From NCBI GenBank assembly GCA_965199825.1, contig OZ241329.1, forward strand, positions 608,001 to 672,000: a stretch of DNA of 64,000 nucleotides, given 5' to 3'. This DNA comes from Bdellovibrionales bacterium (GTDB lineage Bacteria > Bdellovibrionota > Bdellovibrionia > Bdellovibrionales > UBA1609). Each line of letters opens with the position of its first letter. The stretch's first letter is position 1. This document shows positions 20,339-31,324 of this stretch, one piece after another. Below the pieces are notes generated by a model. That model did not search any database and was not told the DNA's origin. It saw only the letters and a program-made list of their open reading frames with translations. The position numbers and the translations under genes were made by a program.

Positions 20339-21229
20339 ATGACGCTCTTACAAAAAATAAAAAATCGCTCACAGACCTACCTGATTGCATCGGCAATTTT
20401 ACATTTATTTTTTGTGGTGGCGATCAACTTGCCCGACCCTCAACCTCCAGTGGAGCAAGCGGTTGAGGTCAACTTTGAATCAGAACCTGTAAGCCAACCG
20501 GTAAAGAGCAAGACAAAGGCCCAGCCTCCGGCAATTAAAAATCAGGTGGTTGAGCAAATGGAAAAACAACTCAATGACGAAATTCCTGAAGAAACGCGAT
20601 TTTTGAGTCGCCACAATCAGGTTGTTAAAAAACAAACGCGCGCCCGTGAAACCGGAGCCTTTACCAATACCGCCGAAAATGCTCAGGCCGTTGCGGGAAG
20701 TTTATCAGGCCAAAAAGAAAAATCAAAAACGGTAGACCAAACTCACGGCGATCTTCCCCGGCTGGCCGATCTCAAACCTCAATTTAGTCAAACCCCACAA
20801 GCTTTTAACGACAGTGTTAAAAATCCAGGCAAGCCCTCGCAGACTGATGACTACATCAAAGATGTAAACATCGGAATTCAAACTCTCTTGAGTGCAAGAG
20901 AGTTTGTTTACTATTCGTATTATCAGCGCATCAAAGAACAGTTGCGGCAGCATTGGGAACCTACCGTGCGCGAAAAAGTTAAGATTATGGTTCGTAAAGG
21001 AAGAGCTCTTGCCTCCTCCAACGATCGCATGACTCAAGTCATGATTATTTTGAATTCCAATGGCGATCTTGAAAGAGTCGATGTACTGGGTCAAAGTGGA
21101 GTGCAGGATTTAGACGATGCAGCCGTTGAGGCTTTTCGCAAGTCGGCACCTTTTCCACATCCGCCCAAAGGGATTGTCGAGAGCGATGGTCGCATTCGGA
21201 TTCGTTGGGATTTTATTCTGGAGGCATAA
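20339..21229 (+). CDS. TonB/TolA-family energy transducer
   Basis: SAILH TM motif; C-terminal SGVQDLDDAAVEAFRKSAPFPHPP. Confidence 0.87.
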   Translation: MTLLQKIKNRSQTYLIASAILHLFFVVAINLPDPQPPVEQAVEVNFESEPVSQPVKSKTKAQPPAIKNQVVEQMEKQLNDEIPEETRFLSRHNQVVKKQTRARETGAFTNTAENAQAVAGSLSGQKEKSKTVDQTHGDLPRLADLKPQFSQTPQAFNDSVKNPGKPSQTDDYIKDVNIGIQTLLSAREFVYYSYYQRIKEQLRQHWEPTVREKVKIMVRKGRALASSNDRMTQVMIILNSNGDLERVDVLGQSGVQDLDDAAVEAFRKSAPFPHPPKGIVESDGRIRIRWDFILEA

Positions 21230-21231
21230 CT

Positions 21232-21744
21232 GTGAACATCATATTGATTGCGGGCCACGCCGATACCTTAGAAAAAGCACTCGAATTTGATGAAGGCCTT
21301 TGCCGCCTCGACATGCAGATCAAAATTTTAGAAGCGATGAAGTATGAAATCATTGTTGTCACAAGCGGATTTGGCAGCGAACAACTTCTTAGAAAATCGG
21401 TTTACCTTGAGCGTTGTGAATTGGTGTTTGACACTCATGACGCAGAGGCAACATTGATCACCAATATTCGGGCGGGCCTTGCCGCCTCACCCGAGGCTTG
21501 TTTCGTACTTCCAGCCTCAAAAGAATTGCCTGAGCAAAAAATATTTCAAGACCTGATCAATGCCTACTACCAAGCGGGCCTTCGCACCGAGACCCATGGA
21601 TTTTGGGAAGGCGATTTCCCAGTCTTGGTCACCCGCACCGGTAATGAATTTATCCGGTCGCATCTAGAACTAAAGACCATTGAAGAGTTAACACTTGTTC
21701 AAGTTGAAGACGGCAAACTTGCCACTCGAGTGAAGTCTCTGTAA
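21232..21744 (+). CDS. hypothetical protein, degenerate MobA/MocA-like NTP-transferase fold
   Basis: IILIAG start, IIVVTSG, IRAGL, FVLPA; lacks the canonical GxSxRMG loop. Confidence 0.55.
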   Translation: MNIILIAGHADTLEKALEFDEGLCRLDMQIKILEAMKYEIIVVTSGFGSEQLLRKSVYLERCELVFDTHDAEATLITNIRAGLAASPEACFVLPASKELPEQKIFQDLINAYYQAGLRTETHGFWEGDFPVLVTRTGNEFIRSHLELKTIEELTLVQVEDGKLATRVKSL

Positions 21745-21747
21745 ACT
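21719..21747 (+). promoter_or_regulatory. sigma70 promoter candidate for the E1 gene
   Basis: TTGCCA-N17-TAAACT, 9 nt before ATG 21757. Confidence 0.45.
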
Positions 21748-21756
21748 CCAAGCCCT

Positions 21757-24453
21757 ATGAAAAATTTAAATACTCAAGTTTTGGATGCGATTGCTCGTCG
21801 AGCTCACTACCTAGCGAATCTGATGATTTATCGTGCAAACGATCGTCTCAATGTTGAAAAGGGCGACCCCAAAATTGGTGGCCATTCTTCAGCAAGTTCA
21901 TCGGCACTTCATATTTTAGGCGCTCTTCATCTTTATGTAAAATCAGGCTTTGATTTTATTGCCAACAAACCGCACGCCTCGCCTGCCGATCATGCTTTTA
22001 ATTATCTTCTCGATTTATTTTTGAATGCCGATCTTTCCAAGATGTCCCTTGAGGATTGCAACACCGCTATGGATCACTTGCGGGCATTTCCAGATAAGGG
22101 CCAACCCGTTTTACAAAGCTATCACTCTGTTTATGATCCTGATCATCACGGATTTCTACCAACCGGCACGGTGGGAATTCCGCCAGCTAACGTCGGTTAT
22201 TTAGCCCAAGCCTACACCTTTGCAAAACAACATGGATACAAAGTTCCTAACGCTCACTTTTGGGCTATTATCGGCGATTCTGAATTTCGCGAAGGCTCAT
22301 TGTTTGAAGCGGTTCCTGATTTGGCTGAGCGCGAAGTTGGAAATCTCACTTGGATTGTGGATTACAATCGCCAATCGCTCGACGGTCACCGCATCACCAA
22401 TTTAAAAGTGATGGATGGTACCGATGATGTGCGCATTGCGCGAACGATGGAAGCCAATGGTTGGCAAGTCATTCAAGTTCGCCATGGACAAAAACGCCAA
22501 CGTCTTTTTAAACGAGCGGGCGGTTATCTATTTCAAAACTTATTCGAAAAAGATCTTACCGATTATGAGCTGCAAGTTTTGTTGCAACTTAAAGATGGCA
22601 AAACCATTCGCACCGAAATGCTCAAGCATCAAAAAAAATTAGAATCTTTTTTAAGCGAAATTTCAGACGAAGAGTTAATTGGAGCCCTTCGCGATTTTGG
22701 TGGTCATGATTTCCACTCACTGATCGAAGCGATGAATTTGAGCCGCGACACCAAGGGCCGACCCTCAATCATTATTGCCCACACCCTAAAAGGTTGGGGG
22801 CTGAAGATGGCTGCCACACCGGGCAATCACTCTTCTCTGCCCGAAGAAGACGAACTCACTTTTTTGCGAAAATCAGTGCAATTGTCTGAGGGTGAATTGT
22901 TCCAAAGATTTACCGAGAGTTCGAATGAAGGAAAATTTTTAAAAGAGCGCGGCGAATTTCTTTATAAACAAATTTTGGAACAAGAAGAATTACGCAAAGA
23001 AAATACCGCAAGTTTTGAAAAGCTGCAAAAATCCTTGGGCGAATTTCCTGAAAGCTTAGATATTAATCTTAAAATGGCAAGCTACCCTCACACCCAGTGG
23101 ATGCTTGGTCAGTTGACCGCAAAACTCACCCGCATTTCAAATGCGGCAACAGATTCTTTAAAGCCAACCGAAAAACCATTTCAACTTGCAGGCCAAATGT
23201 TGGTGTCGATGGCGCCCGATGTGGGCACCAGCACAAACTTAAATCCGGCAATGGATGGAAAAATCTTTGGTGCTGAAGTTACCGAAGATATCGAGGCCGA
23301 ATTTGGTGTTAAAGATAAAAAAACTCCCGATCTTGTTCCAGGCCAAGAAAAAAATGATCGCTTTTTAAGATTCGATATTGCCGAAGCGAATGTGATGTCG
23401 TGTCTTGGTTCTTACGGTCGCATGCGCGATGTGCTCGGCATTCCGTTAATGCCGCTGATGACTGTTTATGATTTTTTTGTGAAACGTGCACACGATCAAT
23501 TTTTTTATGATCTCTACTGGAAATCCTCATTTATTTTGGTTGGCACTCCATCGGGTGTGACGCTCTCACCTGAAGGTGCTCAACATGGTTGGAAATCTGA
23601 TTTTCAAATTCCAAATCAAGTCACTTGGGAGCCAATGTACTGCCAAGAGCTGGATTGGATCATGTGTGATGCTCTCAAACGTCATTTGCTCAATGATAAC
23701 GAAGGCCGTAATGGCGTTTTTATCCGCGGGGTCACTCGTGGGATTGATCAAAAAACATTGCTCCAAAATTTAAAAACCCAATTGCGATTTAAACAAGATT
23801 CATCTCAAGCACTGTCACACAAAAACTTTTTACTCGAAAATGGAGTTAATGAAGCGGATGTTACGACAGTGGCAGATGAGGAAATTTTTAAAACGTTGCG
23901 CCAAGATGTTTTAAACGGTGGATATGCATTGATCGATTACCGTGGCTATCAAGGCTATGAGCCTGGCGATAATGCGGTCCATATTTTTGCGATGGGCGCT
24001 TTGGGAACCGAGGCCATCAAAGCCTCGCATAGCCTTCTAGAAAAAGGGATCTACGCCAATGTGTTTATGGTCTCAAGCCCCGATCTTTTGATTGGCAATC
24101 TGGCTCATGAAAATAATTATGAACATCTCCGCAAAGGCCTGGGCATTGATTCCACTCTTTATTTTCATCAGGTCAATGAGTCGGGTGAATTTAAAACTTT
24201 GGCGGGAAAGCGAATCCCGATTGTCAGTGTTCATGATGGCGAAGCGGGTTTGCTCGACAATATTGGCTCGATCATCGGTGTGCCCCAAAACGCGTTGAGT
24301 GTTCGTAAACACTCGCGCTGTGGTCGTCCCCCAGATGTTTACAAGTACCATCATATTGACAGTGAAAGTGTGGCGGCTGCGGCACTTGAAGCCCTTGAGC
24401 AAACGGCTTCTGAGGAAGTTCAAGTGAGCCGCAAGGTTTTGGGCCAATTGTAA
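21757..24453 (+). CDS. AceE-type homodimeric pyruvate/2-oxoacid dehydrogenase E1
   Basis: KIGGH, GDSEFREG...NRQSLDG TPP motif, GVTLSPEGAQH. Confidence 0.88.
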   Translation: MKNLNTQVLDAIARRAHYLANLMIYRANDRLNVEKGDPKIGGHSSASSSALHILGALHLYVKSGFDFIANKPHASPADHAFNYLLDLFLNADLSKMSLEDCNTAMDHLRAFPDKGQPVLQSYHSVYDPDHHGFLPTGTVGIPPANVGYLAQAYTFAKQHGYKVPNAHFWAIIGDSEFREGSLFEAVPDLAEREVGNLTWIVDYNRQSLDGHRITNLKVMDGTDDVRIARTMEANGWQVIQVRHGQKRQRLFKRAGGYLFQNLFEKDLTDYELQVLLQLKDGKTIRTEMLKHQKKLESFLSEISDEELIGALRDFGGHDFHSLIEAMNLSRDTKGRPSIIIAHTLKGWGLKMAATPGNHSSLPEEDELTFLRKSVQLSEGELFQRFTESSNEGKFLKERGEFLYKQILEQEELRKENTASFEKLQKSLGEFPESLDINLKMASYPHTQWMLGQLTAKLTRISNAATDSLKPTEKPFQLAGQMLVSMAPDVGTSTNLNPAMDGKIFGAEVTEDIEAEFGVKDKKTPDLVPGQEKNDRFLRFDIAEANVMSCLGSYGRMRDVLGIPLMPLMTVYDFFVKRAHDQFFYDLYWKSSFILVGTPSGVTLSPEGAQHGWKSDFQIPNQVTWEPMYCQELDWIMCDALKRHLLNDNEGRNGVFIRGVTRGIDQKTLLQNLKTQLRFKQDSSQALSHKNFLLENGVNEADVTTVADEEIFKTLRQDVLNGGYALIDYRGYQGYEPGDNAVHIFAMGALGTEAIKASHSLLEKGIYANVFMVSSPDLLIGNLAHENNYEHLRKGLGIDSTLYFHQVNESGEFKTLAGKRIPIVSVHDGEAGLLDNIGSIIGVPQNALSVRKHSRCGRPPDVYKYHHIDSESVAAAALEALEQTASEEVQVSRKVLGQL

Positions 24454-24460
24454 ACGAGGA

Positions 24461-24491
24461 GTGGCAGTAAATTAAATATATTTACTGCTAC
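24461..24491. terminator. hairpin between convergent genes
   Basis: GTGGCAGTAAAT / ATTTACTGCTAC inverted repeat. Confidence 0.6.
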
Positions 24492-24500
24492 GTGGCAAGC

Positions 24501-24890
24501 TTATCTCCAACCAATTACTTGATATCCCCGCTCGGCTAAACAGTGATTCACAAAATTATGCTTCACTTGATCAGGCGTAAGGGCTGCAGAGGCTCCGCCC
24601 GCTGCACCACCAACTGTTCCACCCATAAGAGCACCTTGGCCTATGCCACCCCCAAAAATGCCCAATGCTCCACCGATTGCTGCTCCCACCAACGCGCCTC
24701 CGCCAGCTCCACGAGCTAACTGTCGACCTTGGTCGCTATCAAGAAATTTGTCGGCTTCGGCGATGCACTCATCAACATCTTTTTGGGCTTGTTCTTTGCC
24801 GACCGATTTATAATGTTGGTTAGGATAGACCTTAGGTTTGCTTGCGCAGGCGCCGAGCGCCAAAAATAAAAACATAAATTTGAACTTCAT
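24501..24890 (-). CDS. glycine-zipper lipoprotein
   Basis: Lipobox LGAC, GxxxG repeats, CLAERGY. Confidence 0.85.
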   Translation of the reverse strand: MKFKFMFLFLALGACASKPKVYPNQHYKSVGKEQAQKDVDECIAEADKFLDSDQGRQLARGAGGGALVGAAIGGALGIFGGGIGQGALMGGTVGGAAGGASAALTPDQVKHNFVNHCLAERGYQVIGWR

Positions 24891-24897
24891 TTAGATA

Positions 24898-25647
24898 TTG
24901 CAAAAGCATGAGGGTTTGAAGTCAATTGTTTCCATGCACCAACATTTAACTCCTCGACCACTTCACAAATCCACCATCATTTTTGTTCACCATTTTGGTG
25001 GCAACTCCAAGACCACTCGCCGTCACCAAAAATTTGTGTCGGACCTTGGTTTTAATTCGGTGAGTTTTGATTTGAGTTTTCAAAAATTAACACAAATCCG
25101 AAAGATCCCATTCACCACTAAAAACAAAATTGGTTTTCTTGAGGTTTGGAGCGAAGAAGTCGAAAAAGTGTTAACTCAAGTGCCGGGTAAAAAAATTGTT
25201 TACAGTTTGTCGATGCCATCAGCCGCCGCAGTTGCGGCGATCTCGGCACGCCATGCTCAAGACATTGAGGCCTGGATTTGTGATGGCGGTCCCTTTGTCG
25301 AAACCCTACAGAGCATGTGGAATTATTTAACTATTGAGTCAAAAATCAAAAGCACTCTGCTTAAAATACCTTTGACCGCAATGTTCTACACACTATTTAA
25401 AGGCCCCCAATATGCACAAACGATCTTGAGCAGTATCAAAAACCTTCCGGCCCATTTTCCGGTGCTCTCGATTCGTTATTGGCAGGATCAATTGGTTACG
25501 GTGTCGGCCATCGAAAAATGTTTTGAAGGAAGCGATCAGATCGATCTTGAGGTTTTGTCTTTACCCGAGGGCGCACATCTACAAGGAATTCAGTTTGATG
25601 AGTATAAAAGGCGTGTGGCTGAATTTTTAGATAGGAGTTCATCTTGA
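24898..25647 (+). CDS. alpha/beta hydrolase-fold protein
   Basis: FVHHFGG, YSLSM elbow, D and H near C-terminus; start uncertain (ATG 24934 possible). Confidence 0.7.
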   Translation: MQKHEGLKSIVSMHQHLTPRPLHKSTIIFVHHFGGNSKTTRRHQKFVSDLGFNSVSFDLSFQKLTQIRKIPFTTKNKIGFLEVWSEEVEKVLTQVPGKKIVYSLSMPSAAAVAAISARHAQDIEAWICDGGPFVETLQSMWNYLTIESKIKSTLLKIPLTAMFYTLFKGPQYAQTILSSIKNLPAHFPVLSIRYWQDQLVTVSAIEKCFEGSDQIDLEVLSLPEGAHLQGIQFDEYKRRVAEFLDRSSS

Positions 25648-26309
25648 ATCCTCTTTTAATTTTTGATTTCGACGGCACACTTGTCGACACCGCACCAGAT
25701 ATCGTCACCGCAACCGATGAGTTCTTTAAACAAATGGGGTTTGCTCCACTTTCGCCAGCAGAAGTGAAAGAAAATATTGGTCAGGGACTAACCGAACTTT
25801 TGATGCGCATCTTGCCCGAAACCAAAACCAATCATGCCCATCGCGAAGAGCTCATTGGGAGATTTCTTGCAATCTACAAAGACCACTACCTTCGTACACC
25901 AAAGCTTTACCCTGGAGTTGAAGAAATTCTTCATGAATGGCCTCATCAAAAGGCAATTTTGAGCAATAAAGGGGTTTACTTTATCAAAGGAATTTTGGAG
26001 CACCTCAAACTTGCGAGTTATCCATGGGTCTCTGTGATAGGTGGAAACACTTTTAAAACCAAAAAGCCCGAACCCGAAGGGCTCAATCATATTTTAAAAA
26101 CGGGAAACGTAAAAATTGAGGATGCGGTGATGATTGGTGACGGAAATCCCGATGCCCAGCTTGCCCACAATACCGGAATTTTTTGTGTGGCTCTTGATTT
26201 TGGGTACGGCGAAATTGATGAGCTGATGCGGCTTGGCGCCTCGGTCAGAATTAGCCACTATAATGAATTAAAAGAGGTCTTAAAACGCTTTGAGCGGAGT
26301 TCTTCATGA
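25644..26309 (+). CDS. HAD-family hydrolase (phosphoglycolate phosphatase-like)
   Basis: [21 protein letters not shown] motifs. Confidence 0.92.
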   Translation: MNPLLIFDFDGTLVDTAPDIVTATDEFFKQMGFAPLSPAEVKENIGQGLTELLMRILPETKTNHAHREELIGRFLAIYKDHYLRTPKLYPGVEEILHEWPHQKAILSNKGVYFIKGILEHLKLASYPWVSVIGGNTFKTKKPEPEGLNHILKTGNVKIEDAVMIGDGNPDAQLAHNTGIFCVALDFGYGEIDELMRLGASVRISHYNELKEVLKRFERSSS

Positions 26310-28003
26310 ATGACAATTTAATTGAAGTTAAAAATTTATCGATCTCTTTTAAAACCGAAGAAGGCACCGTCTCTGCGGTAAAAAATATTAGCTTCAGTAT
26401 CGAAAAAGGCAAAACACTGGGCCTCGTGGGCGAAAGTGGTTCGGGCAAAAGTGTAACCTCATTGGCAATCATGCGACTGATCCCTGAGCCTCCTGGAAAA
26501 ATTGAGGGAGAGATTTTAATTGATGGCAAAAATCTTTTAAAGTTTAGCGATTATGATATGCGCGAGGTGCGGGGCAATCGCATTTCGATGATTTTTCAAG
26601 AACCGATGACCTCGCTCAATCCGGTGTTCACCATTGGTGATCAAATTTGCGAGACGATTTTGCTACACCAAAATTTAAGTCGCAAACAAGCCCTTGAAAA
26701 AGCCAAAGACCTTTTAAAACAAGTTGGAATTCCAAGTCCCGATGAGCGGGTCAATGCTTATCCCCATCAACTGAGCGGCGGTCAACGTCAACGGGTGATG
26801 ATCGCAATGGCGATTGCTTGCGAACCCGATTTGCTCATCGCCGATGAGCCCACCACAGCTCTTGACGTCACCATCCAAAAACAAATCTTAGAACTCTTAA
26901 GCCAACTCCAAAAAAAATATCATATGAGTATTTTGTTTATCACCCATGATCTTGGGGTGATTGCCGATATTGCCGATCAGGTCATGGTGATGTATCGCGG
27001 TGAAATTGTTGAGAGCAATACAGCCAAAGAAATTTTTCTTGCGCCAAAACATCCCTACACTAAAGGTCTTTTGGCCTGCCGGCCATCATTGGAACACAAC
27101 CCAAAGCGGCTGCCGATGGTTTCTGATTTTATGAGTGAAGATGGATCAGAAAAAAAAATCAGCACCGATGGCGAAAAGCGCCAAAAGATTCAGCGTCTGA
27201 ATTCGGAGGTGGTGCTAGAGATCAATAATTTAAAAAAATATTTTCCGATCCAAAAAAACTTTTTTGGCACAACCCAAAGTTGGATGAAGGCGGTCGACGA
27301 TGTCTCGCTCAAAGCCTACAAAGGTCGAACCCTTGGTTTGGTTGGTGAATCGGGCTGCGGCAAAACTACACTTGGCCGAACGATCCTAAGACTTGTTGAA
27401 CCAACCTCGGGTCATATCAAATATGCAGGCACCGACATTACCCAGCTCAACCGCAGTGAGATGCGAAAAATTCGACGACGCATGCAAATTGTTTTTCAAG
27501 ACCCTTATGCTTCGCTCAATCCACGAATGACAATCGGTTCCGCACTGATTGAGCCCATGGCGATTCATAATTTGGGTGCAAACAAATCAGCACGAAAAGA
27601 AATGGCCGAGAATCTGATGAAACGCGTGGGGCTAAACCCTTCGATGCTCAATCGCTATCCTCATGAATTTTCGGGCGGCCAAAGGCAGCGAGTCTGTATC
27701 GCACGCGCCTTAGCGGTTGAGCCTGAATTTATTATTTGTGATGAGTCAGTGTCGGCACTTGATGTTTCGATCCAAGCCCAAATTTTAAATCTACTTCTCG
27801 ATCTGCAAGACGAATTTGGACTCACCTATATTTTTATTTCGCATGATTTGGCGGTGGTCAAATTTATCGCTGACGAAGTCGCAGTGATGTACAACGGGAA
27901 GATTGTTGAGCAGTCGGATGCGGTTGGAATTTATGAAAATCCACAACACGAGTACACCAAAAAATTATTGAGCGCGATTCCGAAAGGTTTAGTCGAGCGC
28001 TAA
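26306..28003 (+). CDS. fused double-ATPase ABC subunit of peptide/nickel transporter (YejF/GsiA-like)
   Basis: Two Walker A motifs ([16 protein letters not shown]), two SGGQRQR signatures, HPYT. Confidence 0.94.
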   Translation: MNDNLIEVKNLSISFKTEEGTVSAVKNISFSIEKGKTLGLVGESGSGKSVTSLAIMRLIPEPPGKIEGEILIDGKNLLKFSDYDMREVRGNRISMIFQEPMTSLNPVFTIGDQICETILLHQNLSRKQALEKAKDLLKQVGIPSPDERVNAYPHQLSGGQRQRVMIAMAIACEPDLLIADEPTTALDVTIQKQILELLSQLQKKYHMSILFITHDLGVIADIADQVMVMYRGEIVESNTAKEIFLAPKHPYTKGLLACRPSLEHNPKRLPMVSDFMSEDGSEKKISTDGEKRQKIQRLNSEVVLEINNLKKYFPIQKNFFGTTQSWMKAVDDVSLKAYKGRTLGLVGESGCGKTTLGRTILRLVEPTSGHIKYAGTDITQLNRSEMRKIRRRMQIVFQDPYASLNPRMTIGSALIEPMAIHNLGANKSARKEMAENLMKRVGLNPSMLNRYPHEFSGGQRQRVCIARALAVEPEFIICDESVSALDVSIQAQILNLLLDLQDEFGLTYIFISHDLAVVKFIADEVAVMYNGKIVEQSDAVGIYENPQHEYTKKLLSAIPKGLVER

Positions 28004-28480
28004 AGACAAAAGAGTTCTAATCGTTTTTTTGACTTTATCATTGCTGATCGGTTTGGTGATGTAATCATCCGCACCCACCGCAAATCCGCGCTTGATATCA
28101 TCAGGCGAGTCACGACCCGAAATAAAAATGAGCGGAATATTTTTAAGGTCATGATGATCCTTCATCAAGGTTGCAAGCTCAAAGCCATTGACCCAAGGAA
28201 GCCCTATATCGAGAACAATCAAATCAGGTGCGGTATCAGATAACACTTCGCTCAGTTCTGAACCATCGCAAGCGAGAAGAATACGGTAACCCTCGCTCGT
28301 CAATAAGCGGTTGAGTGCTACTCGCATCGTCTCATCATCTTCAATAACCAAAATCAATGGTGGCTGTTTTTTTTGACGAAAGTCATTGAGCGACACTATC
28401 GGCTCGGCACTTTGACGTTGCCGTTTTATTTTTTCAATTTTCTCGACAAGTTGATGCGGATCAAATTTTTTATGCTTCAT
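27989..28480 (-). CDS. single receiver-domain response regulator with N-terminal extension
   Basis: IEDD, LDIGLP, ISG, KP; start placed at ATG 28480 overlapping the trxB end. Confidence 0.88.
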   Translation of the reverse strand: MKHKKFDPHQLVEKIEKIKRQRQSAEPIVSLNDFRQKKQPPLILVIEDDETMRVALNRLLTSEGYRILLACDGSELSEVLSDTAPDLIVLDIGLPWVNGFELATLMKDHHDLKNIPLIFISGRDSPDDIKRGFAVGADDYITKPISNDKVKKTIRTLLSLALD

Positions 28481-29408
28481 GATGTTGGGCTTCAAGCCAA
28501 CGTTCAGCATCAATGGCTGCAACACATCCGGTTCCAGCTGCAGAAATCGCCTGGCGATAACTTGGATCTTGCACATCGCCCGCAGCAAAAACTCCATCAA
28601 GCGATGTAAATGTGCTTTTTCCTTTTGTCATAATGTAGCCCACATCATTCATCTCAAGCTGACCTTTAAAAACATCGGTGTTGGGTTTGTGTCCAATTGC
28701 GATAAATACACCTTCCAGTTTCATGGTCGATTCTTCATTGCTCTTATGATTTTTAATCCGAATGCCATCCACACCTTTTTCGCCCAAAACCTCTTCGAGA
28801 GTAGTGTTCCACAGGACTTCAATTTTTGGATTTTTGAGCACGCGCTCAATCATAATTTTTGATGCCCGAAATTCTTCGCGGCGATGAAGAATATAAACCT
28901 TCGATGCAAAACGTGTGAGAAAGTTGGCTTCTTCGAGAGCAGTATCTCCCCCGCCCACAACCGCAACAACTTGATTTTTAAAAAAGGCTCCATCGCAAGT
29001 TGCGCAGGCCGAAACTCCGCGTCCCAAAAGACGGCGCTCGCTCTCGAGTCCCAAATATTTAGCCGAAGCACCTGTGGTGATAATCACACTTTGCGCCTGA
29101 AAGTTTTGATCTCCCACCCAAATCTGAAATGGTTTTTTTGAGAAATCGACCTTTGTTACATTTCGGGTCAAAAAACGGGTGCCAAATCTCAAAGCTTGAT
29201 CGCGAGTGAGTTGCATCAACTCAGGCCCCGTGATGCCGGTGGGCCAACCTGGAAAGTTCTCGACATCAGAGGTGGTCATCAACTGACCACCAGCTTCTTC
29301 GCCCTCAATCATTAGGGGTTCAAGATTCGCGCGAGCCGCATAAATTGCAGCAGTCAAACCAGCAGGACCAGAACCTAAGATCACAACATTTTCTATTTTA
29401 TTTTCCAT
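28470..29408 (-). CDS. trxB: thioredoxin-disulfide reductase
   Basis: GSGPAG, CATCDG, GGGDTA, FAAGDV. Confidence 0.97.
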   Translation of the reverse strand: MENKIENVVILGSGPAGLTAAIYAARANLEPLMIEGEEAGGQLMTTSDVENFPGWPTGITGPELMQLTRDQALRFGTRFLTRNVTKVDFSKKPFQIWVGDQNFQAQSVIITTGASAKYLGLESERRLLGRGVSACATCDGAFFKNQVVAVVGGGDTALEEANFLTRFASKVYILHRREEFRASKIMIERVLKNPKIEVLWNTTLEEVLGEKGVDGIRIKNHKSNEESTMKLEGVFIAIGHKPNTDVFKGQLEMNDVGYIMTKGKSTFTSLDGVFAAGDVQDPSYRQAISAAGTGCVAAIDAERWLEAQHHEA

Positions 29409-29425
29409 TGTGAAACGAATGTATC

Positions 29426-30055
29426 TTAAGTGGGATAAGGAGCAAACCTGCGCTGCGAAAATGCGGGCTCTTTCGTAATGAATTCATAGAGCTCTTTTGC
29501 AACCTCTTTGGGATCCCAAATCTGTTGCTTTCGTGGGGCTGCATGTGGTGGCAGCAAATCGGTGTCCATATAGCCGGGTGAAAAAAGCTTGATGTCGAGT
29601 GGCGGTTTTTCCTGGGCCAATGTCAGAAAAAGACTCTTCAGAGCTGCCTTACTTGCAGCATAGCTCAATGCCCTTGGATCACCGCAATCTTCAGCGACCG
29701 ATGAGCCAATAAAGGTAAGACTCTGGGCTTTGTGGCGAATCAAAAAATGGGTCAAACGGGCCGCAAACAAAAAAGAGGTTTCGAATGCCCAGCGATGATC
29801 CTTCCACTCCGGCTTTTCGAAGTTGCCATAGGGCCCACCACCAGCAAAATAAACCGCGTGGAGTGATGAGAACTGTTTGAGCACTTCGAGCACTCGGTCC
29901 TGATCGTGAGGTTTAGAAAAATCAGCCTGATACCATTGTCCACGCAGCAAAGGTTTTTTACGCGAAAATAAAATCAACTGATCCTGCAGTAAGGATCCAA
30001 ATTGATAACCCAAACCTCGACTCGCCCCGAACAGCGCCCATGTTTTCAAACTCAA
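29426..30055 (-). CDS. short-chain dehydrogenase/reductase
   Basis: [18 protein letters not shown]. Confidence 0.87.
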   Translation of the reverse strand: MSLKTWALFGASRGLGYQFGSLLQDQLILFSRKKPLLRGQWYQADFSKPHDQDRVLEVLKQFSSLHAVYFAGGGPYGNFEKPEWKDHRWAFETSFLFAARLTHFLIRHKAQSLTFIGSSVAEDCGDPRALSYAASKAALKSLFLTLAQEKPPLDIKLFSPGYMDTDLLPPHAAPRKQQIWDPKEVAKELYEFITKEPAFSQRRFAPYPT

Positions 30056-30099
30056 TACTCCTTTGCTTGAAGCATTTGTTTAGCGGTAAATATTTAAGA

Positions 30100-30387
30100 A
30101 TGCCAAAAATCTCTTTTATAAAAAACCGTGCTGGGTTCGATGTGCAAGCTGGTGAAAACCTAATGAAGGCCCTTCTGGCCCACGGTATTCCTGTGGCAAG
30201 TTCATGTAATGGCGATGGGGTTTGTGGAAAATGCCGCTTGCAAATTGTTAAAGGTTCAAAAAATCTTTCAGACCGCAATGCAACCGAAAACTTTTTGACT
30301 GAAAAAAATAATGCAGAAGATGATATTCGATTTTCTTGTCAAGCCTTCGTACACGGCGACATCACCATCGACGCCACCTACTGGTAA
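30100..30387 (+). CDS. 2Fe-2S ferredoxin
   Basis: SCNGDGVCGKC...RFSCQ; start ATG 30100. Confidence 0.9.
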   Translation: MPKISFIKNRAGFDVQAGENLMKALLAHGIPVASSCNGDGVCGKCRLQIVKGSKNLSDRNATENFLTEKNNAEDDIRFSCQAFVHGDITIDATYW

Positions 30388-30517
30388 CATTGGTTCCCCG
30401 GTTGAGCGGGGTTTGCTAATGGTCGACTCAAGCTTTTACCGACCACACAGTTTGCACATTAAGGATGGTTTTGCCGCAGAGCCATCGAAAAGAAATGTCT
30501 GATTGTGAATTTCGGCT

Positions 30518-31324
30518 TTAATGCCGATGATGGGCACGATGATGACCTGAGCACAAAATCGTCAGGTTCTCGATTTCATCTTTTCCACCTTTTGATCTGG
30601 GCTGTTGATGGTGGATATCAAGATGTCTTTGCTGCGTGCATCTTTCTCCTTTTTCATCGATGTGGGTACATTGACTGTTGTGCTGTTGATGGAGCTTGCG
30701 TTTGATTGTGAGTTTCGAAGAGCTTTTGGGCGGGCACGATTTTTTGAGCGGATCCATTTTCTCAAGTAATAGCTGAGTTGCGTGATCGTGGACATCTTGG
30801 ATGGTTGCGGCACGTTTTAGTTTTTGACTTAAAAGATCTTGGGCTCTTTGAATCTCTTTAAATTTATCTTCGCTCACCGCATAAGTGATTTGGATCAGAG
30901 TTGTTTCACCTACGTGTTTGTATCGTGCCCGCTCAGGGATTGCTTTTTCGGGATGCGCCTTTGCAATTTGTTTTTCTAAATTTCTTTTTGTGCCTTTGGC
31001 ATGTTCGCACCATTCGAGCACATTTTCTGGAGTGATGATACTTGCGATACGGTTAATTTTAGAAACCGAAAGTTCACCCGTTTCCATTTGGGTTTTAAGT
31101 TCAGGAACTTCAGTAAATTTCTTGGCGAGTTTATTAAAGATGCTTGCAAGCTCTTCTGACATTTTGAGTTGCTTTGTTGAGTATTCAAAAAGCGAATGAC
31201 AGCCAAATTCGTAATAACTTTTGTTGCGCCACACTTGCTCTAAAGCATTCAGCAATTCCATTTCGGTTTTGCGATGGTTCTTTGCTGCGATCACTGCGGT
31301 CTCGTGAATTTTTTGGTGGCTCAT
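30518..31324 (-). CDS. HNH endonuclease with helical N-terminal region (DUF222-like architecture)
   Basis: QC..C...LDIHHQQPRSKGG...NLTILCSGHHRAHH; GCHSLFEY and GELSVS N-terminal pattern; AGGAGA RBS. Confidence 0.88.
   Translation of the reverse strand: MSHQKIHETAVIAAKNHRKTEMELLNALEQVWRNKSYYEFGCHSLFEYSTKQLKMSEELASIFNKLAKKFTEVPELKTQMETGELSVSKINRIASIITPENVLEWCEHAKGTKRNLEKQIAKAHPEKAIPERARYKHVGETTLIQITYAVSEDKFKEIQRAQDLLSQKLKRAATIQDVHDHATQLLLEKMDPLKKSCPPKSSSKLTIKRKLHQQHNSQCTHIDEKGERCTQQRHLDIHHQQPRSKGGKDEIENLTILCSGHHRAHHRH

Noticed and set aside
30420..30490. c-di-GMP-I riboswitch similarity (GCAAA elements on the minus strand)
   Set aside because: Lacks the GAAA-capped P2 stem and GACGCAAA core, and is not upstream of a gene.
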